The position numbers and the translations under genes are program-made. A stretch of 64,000 nt of DNA from Takakia lepidozioides. Taxonomy: Eukaryota > Plantae > Bryophyta. The notes under the pieces are model-generated. The model saw only the letters and a program-made list of their open reading frames with translations, made no database searches and was not told the DNA's origin. The first letter of the stretch is position 1; each line of letters opens with the position of its first letter. The stretch is taken from assembly GCA_030704615.1 (NCBI GenBank), contig CM060733.1, positions 42,718,001 through 42,782,000 on the forward strand. The letters run 5' to 3'. Shown piece by piece: positions 48,633 through 61,720 of the stretch.

Positions 48633-51600
48633 TGTCGCGCGGCTTTTACTCACCCATCCCTTCGCTATCCGAGGCGGAAACTCCAAGATAGAAGAGTTGG
48701 AAATCTCTAAGTACTCAGCCCGCGCTGAACAATCAGTCATGACCTACAGCTAGTGTATCATGGGGGTGTTTCCTATTTTTTTCCCTTTCCGCATTCATCC
48801 TAGCTACCTTACCATTGATAATTAAGTATCAGTTTGCTTCATCAATTTATCGGTTTCCTTCACTCCTCCATTCAATCCACAGCTTCACTCAGATCTCTTT
48901 ACACAGTGTGATTGTTCGTATAAGTATCAGATTATGATTTATCAGTATCAGGCCGAAGCCATTGTGTCTCTATTCTCCTCTACAATATCCTACACTTTGC
49001 ATATAACAAGCATCTACTAATCCTCTTTCCTCATTCATCGTGCTCTCCGACCTCCGCTCCCGTCTGACTCCGAAATCCTCCTCCCCCCAATAATCATCTT
49101 CATTCCCCGTTCTTCCCTTTATCTTCCTATCCGTAGTTCTAACCGTTTCCCTCACTAACCGTCGCTTGTGACTAACATGTTCCCCACAGTCGTTCCCTGT
49201 CCTGCTCTCGTTCCCTATGATCGTGACCGCTGTGTCAAGCTGTGACTGGCGTGTGAAACTGTGACGGGCTGTGACTGGCTGTGCGACTGGGTGTTTGGCT
49301 GTGTCAGGATGTGACTGGCTTGTGTCGGCTGTGTCGGGATGGTGATTGGCTTTGTGGGCTGTGTCGACTGTGTTTGGCTGTGTCAGGCTGTGACTGCTGT
49401 GTCCTGCTGTGTCGGGCTGTGATTGGCTGTGTGGGCCTGTGTCGGCTGTGTCGATTGTGACGACTGTGACGGGCTGTGTGGCTGTGTCGGCTTGTGACGA
49501 CTGTGACGGGCTGTGTTGGCTGTGTCGGCTGTGACGACTGTGAAGGGCTGTGTCGGCTGTGTCGACTGTGACGACTGTGTAACCCCCCTCTACAGTGCGT
49601 TGCTGTCACCCCTAAGGCTCCTGTTGGTCTCAGTCTGTGCAAAAATTAAGGGTACCCTACAGATCCCATATAAGTGTCTAAGTCCCCTACAGTCCTCTAA
49701 CATTTACCCCTCCCCCCTCAAAAAGCCGTGTCCTCACGGTTTACTATTTCCGAGTAGCAACCCTTTGTGAGTGAGCTCTTGTTGACGTTGAGAGTTTCGT
49801 GGCGGGCTGTGTGTACGAGCCCGAGGTCTGTCTCTGGTTGACGGAGATGGTTGATCATGACCTGGATAAGTGAGGCATTCTGGAGGCTGATATCGAGGTA
49901 ATCTTTCCGGAATAGGAGATCCCCTGTGTTTCTTCTCTTCCATCTGAATGGCATTAGTCTTCTCCCATGTCAAAAGAATTCGGGTGTTGTTGGTTAACCG
50001 TTGAACAGAAAAAATGGTTTGAGACACTGAGCTCCTTGTCGGTCCAGATGAGTGGGGTACTTTAATTACTGGTATAGCGTGCAAGTATTTCCATGCGATA
50101 TGTCCCTTAAGGAAAATGTCATTCAAGTCCGAATTTTTGGTTGGACAAATTGTTGCAGGCTGCTTGAAACCATGAACGAATTTGAGAATCCTTCTGTATC
50201 ATAACTTTTGGGTCATATAGGACATATGAGGTGGCACCGAAGGTAATACCCAATGATCTCCACTGGAGTAACTTTGAAAAGCGTGAGTTGCATCTTTTGT
50301 TGCTCAATGTGGTAACGTATCAGAAAACAAGCGAGTAGTAGGATAGCCCGCACCACCCCAGACAATACTTGCTATCTCCTTGGTCTTGGTATAAATGAGT
50401 CCATTACAACCTGGAAGAAACAATTCCTCAACTGGTACCTTACTCGTGCCAGTATTGTGCAAAGTGATGATCTTCAATATGTCGATTGTTTGGAAGAACT
50501 TTAGTCCTGGTTGCCACTGGCAGCCAAATACGCATGATTGGTAGTATGTCGACGAATGACTGCGGAGGACTCTAAATTCTTCCAAGCCAAATCCAACATG
50601 ATGGAATTTGGTTTGAAGGGCATAATCATTAGCCTACTGTACTCCCTGGCAGCTGGAGTTTTAGGTGGGTTTTAAGCTGCATTGCCCCATACCTCCGGCT
50701 TTGTGGTGCTGTGGTGTGGTTGTAGTACCACAGGTTCAGCTACTGGTACACTGACCTGTTGTGTGGTGGTGGTAATGGTTTCCTGTACCATTGGCAGTCC
50801 TGCACCTCCTGTTGAAGACTTGAAAAGCCAGAGTTCTGGCTTGCAAATAAGAAGCATTAGATGTTCCTGAGGGGATATAGACTCTTTGGTCGATTGTTTG
50901 AAGTGAGGTCTTCCATGGAGTCTGCAGTCCGTCTACATCTCACTCTCTTGTATTTTATGCTATCCTACTATAGACATTGTCTATAGTAGTTGTGGCAATG
51001 TTCTGCACCTGCAGTCTAAGCTCATTTTCATCTCGCTTTGGGTGAGCTTCCTTGGGCTTTGCCCTCTACTGGCCCTTGTGTAACCAGACCTGCATAAGGT
51101 GTATCCACCAAGCTGCTTGTGGTTCCCCTGAGAGTTTGCTCCTCTCTTAGTTTACAATTCCAACTGCTGTTGTAAAGCCTCATGCGCTTCGCCTGTGGCT
51201 CAACCAATTGCGCATAGGCATCAAGTAGATTATTGGCTTCCTTCGAAGCCTTGTTACTGACCGCGATTTCATTTCTATTGGCCACGATGGTTTGTTGCAA
51301 CTCCACGATGTATTTCTCTTGATCAGCTTCCATCTGCCTGTATTGCTTGAAAGTATCTCATTGCGACAGATTGTATTCTTCATATCGACAATGAGCTTCA
51401 TTTGCTCACATTCTCTTCTTCTGCCTTCGTACATTTTTCCGCTTGACTGTTTATTTCTTTTGTTGATTGGTCAAGCATAGTTTAAAGTAGCACATTGTAT
51501 CGCCATCCTGTTATGCACTGTCTGCAACTCCGTATGTAGGCATTCAGTTCTTGCAACTTGCTTTCATGCTGCACCTGCATTTGGTATAGCTGTTGCTTAT

Positions 51601-52791
51601 GTGCTTCGTGCAACTGGTCTTGCGCGAGGCCTGCCTCAATCAATTGTTGCTTGGCCAATTGCAAAGCCATTTCTGTATTGGCCAAGTCCTGCTTCATCTT
51701 GAGAGTGACCTCTTCATCGACCTTGTTTGCACACTCAGTGGCAAGTCGAGCCTCAAACTCCTTCCTGAGTTCTTCTTTCAAGGCTGTCAATTGGGTAATT
51801 GGAACATGGGTTTGACATAAGTCCCCAACAAATTAAGTGTCATGCCTATGGAACTCATCAGCATTGCCTGTTGAGGGTCATCATGGTGAGGTTGCTGCTG
51901 TTCCTCCTGATCTTCAACAGTATGATGTCTCACTAACCAATCAGACCATTGTCCCACGGATTTTCTTCCTGAACTACTTCATTTATGACCGGTGCTACAG
52001 TGTCATGGCCTTCCGCCTGTGGTACCTCCGACACAGGTGTGTGCATTATATGTACCTCAGGATTTCTCTTGGGCAACTGTTGCACCTCTGGGATTTCTGT
52101 CTCCTTGACCAGACCAGAATATTCATAGAGAAGGTCCCCTTTCTCTATTTCTGCCACTATCTGTTCTGTAGTTGGAATATCTATCCCTTCACTTTCCAAA
52201 TCAATTATTTCGGGTTGAGCTGCATGGATAACTTGTGACCTTGTGACAAGTCGTTCAAGTGGCTGTGTTGGTTGTGATGCAGAAGTAACTTCTTCCTCCC
52301 TCTCTGAAGGTCCTGCTTCCAGTAATAACATTCTTTGTGCTGCTGTGCCCTTCCTGATCATGAGCTTGGGAACATTATCATGCGGAATCCGTGAAGCCAG
52401 TGGATCTGCCACTACAGTCTTTCCCCTTCTCTGCCTCTTAGTCTCGGGTTGTGCTGCTAGTCCACCCTCACTGTGTGAAGAGCCTTGGTCTTCTATTGCA
52501 GTTGTTTCTGGCTCAAACACTCCCATTTCCTTCCTTTCTTGTGCATTAAGTATGCGAGAATCAAGGATTATTTGAGCAATGATTGGGCCAGACACTATGA
52601 TAGGAGATTTTGCGGTAGTACCTTGTAATCTTTTCATCTCCTCTACCAGTGCGTTGTACATTATGTCCGCCCATTGTACCTCTTGTCCCTTCAAGCCTTT
52701 GAGGATTTCCTCTGTGAAGGATCTGCTCAAATATTGTTGGTTCTGTTTCAGGGCAATCAGAACGTGCAATACTTGGCCTATGTCTTTAAAC
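48633..52791 (-). mobile_element. Family A copy A3: 3' LTR 48633-49702, PPT 49703-49719, extra ORF 49741-52791 cut off by D2
   Basis: Colinear with 11035-~15174; indel-rich at 49950-51500; ~125-bp deletion near 49981. Confidence 0.93.
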
Positions 52792-53028
52792 AGGGGGCTG
52801 CTATTTCATGAGCGGCATGAGCATGAGCGGCATGAGCATGAGCGGAAAAAAAAAAAGCATGAGCAGACCATTGTGAGTCCACGGAAATAGGGTTAGGAGG
52901 CACGGAAATAGGGTCATGTGAAGTTGGAATGTGGCACCAGTGGACTTAAAATGCAACATTTTATTGCAAATTTTGTGGCAAGCCACGTCTATACAAGTGT
53001 GTTCTAACTGTCATAGCCGGAATGGGCA

Positions 53029-56000
53029 CTACTCTCCTACACCCTCCGAGGAACTTGCCCCACCTTCTTCCTCATCCCCCTCATCCCCCTCATCCTCCGA
53101 GCTCTGTGATGCATCAGTTCCACTATGCCTCTCAAAAATCCCGTCCTCTCCTTGGGGGACTGTCCACCTCACCTCCTGGGAATCTTCTGCGTCTTCTCCC
53201 CCACTTTCCTCAGCAGAATCCAACACAAATCTACGAGCCCGACGGGCTCTAATAGCTGCTGCCTCCTCCCTCATCTTCATTTTCTTGAGGCTTGCCTCGT
53301 CTAAAATCTGCTGTACACGACTACGTTCGGAACACCTCCTAATGGACACCGAAGCAAGCCGGGCAGCATAAGTAGGCAGGATGTACTCCCTTTCTGGACT
53401 AGGCATGAAATCTCCCCTGGCAAAAAAAGGCACGTTCCTCCTGCCCATGAACTCCGGTGTAGACGTCCCTCCGGCAGTACTTGGCATCCTACAGTAAGAA
53501 CAAATCCACTTGAAGAATGTCAATACCAGCACAACCAGAAAGGGTTTTCAATGAAATAAGAGAGCGGAGGGAGGTGCCTCACAAAATCTGGAGGCAACTT
53601 ACAATGCCACCACTCACTCGTAAACCGGGGGCTCCTCGGCCTCGATCCCAACTTCCTCCCCCTGCTCCTTCTCGGATTTTTCCTCATCCTCCGAGGATGC
53701 CTCTTCCTCTTTCGGCAGACGTTCAGCCGCTGCAAGTTCCGAGTTGTGGAGGGCAGTATCTGGCTCGAAGGCGAACACATGCCTGTCGGACAACGTCCCT
53801 GCCCACATTGAAGCACCTGAGGAACAAAGCGGGCGGTTAATAGCTTGCGGCATGCAATTGCAATGGGGCCAGGGGACAAACTGAGCACGTGAAGGCTTAC
53901 CCGTGCCGCATGTGAGGTCCAGAATCCGCCCTTGGACATCCGAGCACGTCTCCATGAGGGTTTGGATGAAAGCAGGGCTTCGGGTCCGGCTGTACCGCCA
54001 CGGTTTGCCTGTCTTTGTGTCCTTCGGCATACTAGAGTGGGGCACATAGTTGTAGAGGACATCGTAGGTTACAGGGTCCACAGCGGCATCAACAAGACGA
54101 CCGTCGTTGCGGAATTTGAACGTAGACCCTCTCTTCACAAAGCAATATGCCTCAAACACCAATGTCTGCACATCCAACAAAGAAGGGATCAATTCCAGGG
54201 TCTACTTAACATACACCACAATATGAAGTGAATGCAATAGATTGATAACTTACACTTTGGCCCTCTGTTCGCAACCCCTGCGTACTGATGCAGAACCATT
54301 TTCTGAGGAGGACCGGGGTGACACTTTTCGGTGTCCACCTTGCCACCGCATTCTCTGTGGTCTTCCCTCTCGTGGCAAGGACAACCACACATCCACCGTC
54401 ATCCAGAAGCATCCCCGCCAGCCCAAACCCGGCTTTCCAGTAGTCCTCAGTAAACCTGTTCCAGGTGGGCACACCATCCAGGCCCTCCAGCAGCTCCCCA
54501 TCTGGAATGTCGAGGAGAATCATGTCGCAAGCTCTCTCCACCTCAACCCCCCCCCGAGTGCTCTTGCAATTCGTGCTCACAGCCGTGAAGAATTCCATCA
54601 TGGCTTCAAAACCAGGGGTGTCTTTAGGCTCTGTACCGGCAGCCCTCTTCTTGGCTTTCCCCTTCTGCTCCGCCAGAGACTTGTTGTGTGCCACCTTCTT
54701 CGCCCTGGCAGCGAGAGCGTCAAGGAAGCTCTCATTGACGCATTGGATGATGGTTGGAGGTTCTAGCTTTGGCCTGTGCGTAAACGTCACCGCCGAATAC
54801 CGCCGTGTAGGCTCGCCCTCAAATGCCAACTTCTTGGCAGAGCCAGTCCCACTCCGAACTGACTTGGGAACCCGGACGACCGGTGACTGGGTAGGAGCAA
54901 CAGCAGTCGCAGGACCTTGAACAAAATCGGCGTCGGAGTCACTCTCTTGGGTCCCCTCCTGCGCCTCCTCCGATGCCCCGATGGTTTTCTTCTTTTTGGG
55001 TGTTACTGCAGTCACCTGTTTCCTTGTCCTTTTCCTTTGACCTTTACTCTTCTCATGCAATTTCTCCTGAATTCCTGCCTGAGCAAGCTCTGCCGCTTTC
55101 CTGGAGTTCGCAAGCGCTTTTGCCTCTTTTGCACCCAACGGAGGCAGCGGAGCCCGGTTTCGTCGGAATTCAGCATCCAGCTTCAATTGAAACTCGGATG
55201 GGTCGAGCGAGCCGGGCGGAAGGTCCACATACCAAGGGCAATCACGCAAATGTTCCAGATGCCACTCCTTCACAATATCGTCAGTGTACATGGAGTCAGC
55301 CCCAGGGTTCCTCCATGCCAGGAAGAATGGTGGCTCGAAAGACAGATGACCTTTCTCCAAAAGCGAGAACTTACAGTACCTGCATTCATGAAAAACCCAA
55401 TGAGGTCCGAAAATGGCTAACTCCCTGAACGGCAATAGGGCCTACAACTGGAATATGGCGCCGAATTTCCACTTCAGGGCCACCCAGTGTAGGGACTTAG
55501 CCCGAAAATGGCTAAGTCCCTGGACGGCAATACGGCCTGGAACTGGAAAATGGCGCCGAATTTCCACTTCAGGGCCAGCCAGTCTAGGGACTTAGCCCGA
55601 AAATGGCTAAGTCCCTGGACGGCAATAGGGCCTAGAACTGGAATACGGCGCCGAATTTCCAGTTCCGGGCCAGCCACCCTAGGGACTTAGACCGAAAATG
55701 GCTAAGTCCCTGGACGGCAATAGGGCCTGGAACTGAAATATGGCGCCGAATTTCCACTTCAGGGCCAGCCAGTCTAGGGACTTAGCCCGAAAATGGCTAA
55801 GTCCCTGGACGGCAATAGGGCCTAGAACTGGAATACGGCGCCGAATTTCCAGTTCCGGGCCAGCCACCCTAGGGACTTAGACCGAAAATGGCTAAGTCCC
55901 TGGACGGCAATAGGGCCTGGAACTGGAATATGGCGCCGAATTTCCACTTCAGGGCCAGCCAGTCTAGGGACTTAGCCGAAAATGGCTAAGTCCCTGGACG

Positions 56001-59000
56001 GCAATAGGGCCTAGAACTGGAATACGGCGCCGAATTTCCAGTTCCGGGCCAGCCACCCTAGGGACTTAGACCGAAAATGGCTAAGTCCCTGGACGGCAAT
56101 AGGGCCTGGAACTGGAATATGGCGCCGAATTTCCACTTCAGGGCCAGCCAGTCTAGGGACTTAGCCCGAAAATGGCTAAGTCCCTGGACGGCAATAGGGC
56201 CTAGAACTGGAATACGGCGCCGAATTTCCAGTTCCGGGCCAGCCACCCTAGGGACTTAGACCGAAAATGGCTAAGTCCCTGGACGGCAATAGGGCCTGGA
56301 ACTGGAATATGGCGCCGAATTTCCACTTCAGGGCCAGCCAGTCTAGGGACTTAGCCCGAAAATGGCTAAGTCCCTGGACGGCAATAGGGCCTAGAACTGG
56401 AAAACGGCGCCGAATTTCCAGTTCCGGGCCAGCCACACTAGGGACTTAGCCCGAAAATGGCTAAGTCCCTGAACGGCAATAGGGCCTGGAACTGGAAAAT
56501 GGCGCCGAATTTCCAGTTCCGGGCCAGCCAGTCTAGGGACTTTGCCATTTTCGGAGCCCTGACTGGAAATTCGGCGCCATTTTCCCTAACACCACTTAGG
56601 CCTCTAACATCCTGAAATGCCAGGACTTGAAAGAAAGGCAGCGCGTATGTACCTGTACAGAAGGCGCATTGCTGCTTTGTCCGCGTTCGGCTGGTCGGTG
56701 AACTCGTGGCTCCGGCGAGCATCTGCTATCTCCCGAAAGAATAGGTTGGTTTTGTAGAGCAGAAAGTACCTCGTCACATAGTCACGCAGGCTCTCTGCTG
56801 CAGGAGATATCTCCATCTTGAACTGATGTGCTTGTGTGTCCAGCTGCTCTTGCGCATTCGTCGTCACCTGTGGAGATTGTCCATCAGATCGCTTTCCTCA
56901 AAAAATACAATGAATCAACCCCCTACTAGAGTACAAGCCCCAAACGAAGCGTGGGGAAGTACCTGAAACCACCATGTCATGCGGTTCATCCACATGTCGA
57001 ATGTGGGGTCAGAGAGTTTGTCCGGTTTGGGGAAGCTCCACATGTCCCTGGTACTTTGGGAACCATTCCAGATTTGGAGCCACCGGGTCTGTCCAACCAC
57101 CCAGCATATTCGTAAGCGCCAAACACCACAAAAAGGAGTTGTTGCCACCACAATTTGGTTAAGAATGTATCACCTTTTCTGTTGCATCCACACAGGATGT
57201 GGCTAGACGATGGAGCTTCTCCAATGTCATCGTGGGCTTCAGAGCGCGAGAGTAGTGCTTTCCCACCTCCACCAGAAAGTCGGCACCAAGGGCGGGATCA
57301 GCTATGGCCACGTACTTTACCATCCGCGACTTGTACTTTATGCGGGCCCTCACCTCCGCAGCTTTGACATACGATTCGAGTTCCGGGAGGGTTGGATTCT
57401 TCTCCTCTGACTCCATGTAGAACCTCCGCGCATGTGCCAAATCCTGCTGTATTTTCGTCTGTCGAAAAGCAGCACATAAGATTAGAGATCCTGCTCAACA
57501 CAATTTCTTCTATTGGGGGAGGAGAGACAAATTAGCTCAACAAAACTGCAGGAGCTTTACCCGAAATATGTAGTCCACCATGGCGTCGACGCTCAGCCTA
57601 TACCAGGTTCTGTCTGCCTTTGCCTCCGACTTGCGCAGGAGGTCGGCACTGAGGGAATTGGCAAACTCTTCACCCCCTGCCTCCCGACATCCTTCACTCG
57701 GAAGAGCATATGGGACAAGTTGGTGGCAATGAAGGCATTCTCAGTCACCCTGCAGTGCCACATTTCCATCAAACAATACTGAAATGGGAATTTTCATCAT
57801 ATATGAGGATTCGCAATGAAATGACTTCCAAATTCAAAGTCCAAAAGCGAGAGGGGTTGTAGCTTACGAGTTGATGTCGGCCATTGCAGCTTTGAGAAGA
57901 CTGCGATCTTTGGGCCCCGCAACCTTCAGCACAACACAATCGACGGCGAAATGCCAATCGAGATCGTTGGGGTGGGCTTGGGCAATGTGCTCCATCCATG
58001 CCAGGAGGCGATGATTGCCGTCCCACACGTAGAACATCTTACCGGACATGTGCTGGAAAAGAGGATCACTAGCAATCGATCTCTCGAACTCCTCATTTCG
58101 CGTTTGCCAATGGGGACCCCATTTGTCCACCTCATCGGAAGTGTGGGCACGGGAAGCTCCGTGGTCGTTCTCAATGGAAACGTAAAAGGCGGCAGACCCC
58201 ATTCGATATCCATCCCGGAAAGAGAATTTCAGCTTGTCGATATCGCCTGGGAGGGCAGGTCTCACCACCTGCAATGACACCAAGCGGCAAAGGGGAATTC
58301 GAAGCTTGGCCGGGTACACCATGCCCCCCAGCACCCTGCCAATGTTGCTGTGGGTTGCCTCCAACATCTTGGCAGCGGCCAACTTCATATCCGCCTCAGA
58401 CATGACGTCTGCTGCAGAGGGGTTTTCCGGCAGCCCACCAAGACCGCCAAATCCAGCCTGTATGCTCCGGGTTTGGGGCCTGGGGATGTCCGGGAGAATG
58501 TCATCCTGGTCAGAAACATCCATGTCGTCCTCCTCAACAGGGTCAGCCACCTGCGAAACCACCTCCAGCACTCTCGTCGTCTCTACTGCCCTCTCCCTGG
58601 CTTCACCTCGAACTTGCACAATCGGTGCTCTTTCAGGTGTTCTTTCCTCTCCTCCACTCTCCACCGTATGGGTAATTGCGGGGGCTGCACTTGCCCGCGA
58701 TGGTCTAACCGGTGTGCTACTGCCTCTCTGTGGTGTCTTGTAGGGATCCACCGTCTCTGTGTGTCCCTCGCTTACATTGGCATCTGTCATTTGGGCACCC
58801 CGGGCCTCTTCAGCTGCCTTTTGTCTTTCCTCCTTGCTAGCATTCTGTCTCGTCTGTTCTTTTGCCCTCTCTTTTGCCCTCTCACGGGCTTTCTGTTTCT
58901 TACTAGGGCTAGCAACAGGGGAGCCCTCCAGGACGACCACCTTTGATTGAGGCGAACTGACACCCTCGCGCGCACTGCTCACTCCCCCCTCCGCAGCCCG

Positions 59001-59833
59001 TGACTGCTCTCTCGCCGGGGATTGCATGTGCTTAGCTTTCTTCTTTTTCTTTGCGTGGGCGGGCCCTACTGCATGTGCATGAACAACCTCCATTGCCGGA
59101 TCTGCTGTCCTCATGTCCTCACGCCCTTCACCTGCCATGCCGCCTGCACCAACCTCCCCAATGCCTACTCTATCGTAATCTCGTTGCAAGTCCTCCCGTC
59201 CACCAACAAAAGATTTAAGTTTGCCCTCTCGCCCCAAGTTGGGCGATTCAAACATGCGATGAGTTGGAGCTGTCGATGATACCACCAGCGTGCCGGGCTC
59301 GTCGTCACTCTGTGATTGACAAAAATCGTGAACACCAACAGTGGTGCAAAAAGCAGCAGCGCAACCACCATAGCAGCAATCATGTAGCAAAAATGAAAAC
59401 ATAACAAGTTTAGGAAGTATGGAGAGCCATGCAACAACAATGAAAACAAATGCAACCATTGCCTAAGAATGACATGCACAAGCAGCCTTCTCCAGAGCTG
59501 CCGGATTTGCACACGCATTGCAAACAATCTAAGGTTCAGTCAACTATCTAAAGTTCACTCATAAAGCAAAGCCAGGATGAAGATGCAGAAACAAAGCGAG
59601 GTAACGAAGCGAAAGCAAAAAAGAAATCGAACAAACCGAAAGCAGAAGTGGCTTGCCTGAGAGTACTCGGCTTCAGTTGGCGCAGGTTGTGAGCAAGACA
59701 CTGGAATCTCCTGCTGGAGCTTCAGTTTGGCCATGCGAGAGATTGGCCGTCGTCCGTAGTACAGAGCTTTCAACTTCCGCCGCGGTCTGGATCTGAGGTC
59801 TCTCTCAGGAGAGCCACGCCCTTCAGGCGGCAT
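53029..59833 (-). CDS. 10-exon gene, ~1,490 aa: disordered N-terminus, ParB/Srx-like domain, helical linker, beta-class N4C/N6A DNA methyltransferase-like domain, acidic tail (one 1-nt frameshift in exon 3)
   Basis: Exons 59833-59657, 59309-57868, 57749-57561, 57458-57174, 57088-56963, 56867-56653, 55379-54254, 54165-53901, 53816-53618, 53488-53029. One GC-AG and eight GT-AG introns, phase-compatible once one base is restored in exon 3. Motifs FYVWDGNHRLLAW; DMILLDIPDG..LLDDGGCVVV; RSPAFIQTLMETCSDVQGRILDLTCGTG-ASMWAGTLSDRHVFAFEPD. Confidence 0.8.
55400..56590. repeat. 190-bp tandem repeat (two ~95-bp subunits, about 6 units) inside intron 6 of the D2 gene
   Basis: Near-identical ORFs recur every 190 bp. 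Each subunit has GGCGCCGAATTTCCA and the hairpin GGGACTTAG-n-CTAAGTCCC. Confidence 0.95.
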
Positions 59834-60049
59834 AAGTCCCAGCCAAAAAGATCTCCTTTTTTGGGGTACATGCCTGGAATACCATGTTAAGCCAAGTATA
59901 GCATGAGATTTAGGGTACGTGTCCAGGAAGCCATGCGTCGCCAGCCCGAATAATAAGCGACGGCCGTCGACATTTATTGCCCAACTGCGCAATTAAATGT
60001 CGGATGAAGCCCTCCATGTCGGAAGAAAATAGACGAAAACAGTCCCGGA

Positions 60050-61720
60050 ATTTCCCTCACGCAGGTAATTCGGAAGCGCGCGGATGGAAATCCGGCGCCG
60101 AATTTCCATCCGCGCAGGTAGGGCGGTTCGCCAAATTTCCTTCAAGCAGGTAATTCGGATGCGCGCGGATGGAAATCCGGCGCCGAATTTCCATCCGCGC
60201 AGGTAATTCGGATGCGCGCGGATGGAAATCCGGCGCCGAATTTCCATCCGCGTAGGATGGCGGTGCGCCAAATTTCCTTCAAGCAGGTAATTCGGATGCG
60301 CGCGGATGGAAATCCGGCGCCGAATTTCCATCCGCGCAGGTAATTCGGATGCGCGCGGATGGAAATCCGGCGCCGAATTTCCATCCGCGTAGGATGGCGG
60401 TGCGCCAAATTTCCTTCAAGCAGGTAATTCGGATGCGCGCGGATGGAAATCCGGCGCCGAATTTCCATCCGCGCAGGTAATTCGGATGCGCGCGGATGGA
60501 AATCCGGCGCCGAATTTCCATCCGCGTAGGATGGCGGTGCGCCAAATTTCCTTCAAGCAGGTAATTCGGATGCGCGCGGATGGAAATCCGGCGCCGAATT
60601 TCCATCCGCGCAGGTAATTCGGATGCGCGCGGATGGAAATCCGGCGCCGAATTTCCATCCGCGTAGGATGGCGGTGCGCCAAATTTCCTTCAAGCAGGTA
60701 ATTCGGATGCGCGCGGATGGAAATCCGGCGCCGAATTTCCATCCGCGCAGGTAATTCGGATGCGCGCGGATGGAAATCCGGCGCCGAATTTCCATCCGCG
60801 TAGGATGGCGGTGCGCCAAATTTCCTTCAAGCAGGTAATTCGGATGCGCGCGGATGGAAATCCGGCGCCGAATTTCCATCCGCGCAGGTAATTCGGATGC
60901 GCGCGGATGAAATCCGGCGTCGAATTTCCATCCGCGTAGGATGGCGGTGCGCCAAATTCCTCAAGCAGTTAATCGGAATGCGCGGATGGAAATCGGCGCC
61001 GAATTTCCATCCGGCAGGTAATTCGGATGCGCGCGATGGAAATCCGGCGCCGAATTTCCATCCGCGTTAGGATGGCGGTGCGCCAAATTTCCTTCAAGCG
61101 GATGGCGCCGGATGGAAATCCGGCGCCGAATTTCCATCCGCGCAGGATGGCGGTGGCCAATTTCTTAAGCAGGTAATTCGGATGCGCGGATGGAAATCCG
61201 GCGCCGAATTCAATCCGCGCATAGAGGCGGTTGCGCAAATTTCCTCAAGCAGGTAATTCGGATGCGGCGCGGATGGAAATCCGGCGCCGAATTTCCATCC
61301 GCGTAGGATGGCGGTGCGCCAAATTTTCTTCAAGCAGGTAATTCGGCTGCGTCGGATGGAATCGGCGCCGAATTTCCATCCGCGTAGGATGGCGGTGCGA
61401 ATTTCCTTCAGCAGGTAATTCGGATGCTCGGATGGAATCCGGCGCCGATTTCCATCCGCGTAGGAGCGGTGCGCCAAATTTCTTCAAGCAGGTAATTCGG
61501 ATGCGCGCGGATGGAATCCGGCGCCGAATTTCCATCCGCGCAGGTAATTCGGATGGCCCGGATGGAAATCCGGCGCCGAATTTCCATCCGCGCAGGTTAG
61601 GGCGGTCGCAATTTCCTTCAAGCAGGAATTCGGATGCGCGCGGATGGAAATCGCGCGCCGAATTTCCATCCGCGCAGGTAGGGCGGTTCGCCAAATTTCC
61701 TTTCAAGCAGTAATTCGGCG
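60050..61720. repeat. 137-bp tandem satellite, each unit with two GGATGGAAAT(C)CGGCGCCGAATTTCCATCC palindromes
   Basis: ORF boundaries recur at 60331, 60468, 60605, 60742 and 60879; indels increase after ~60900. Confidence 0.97.
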
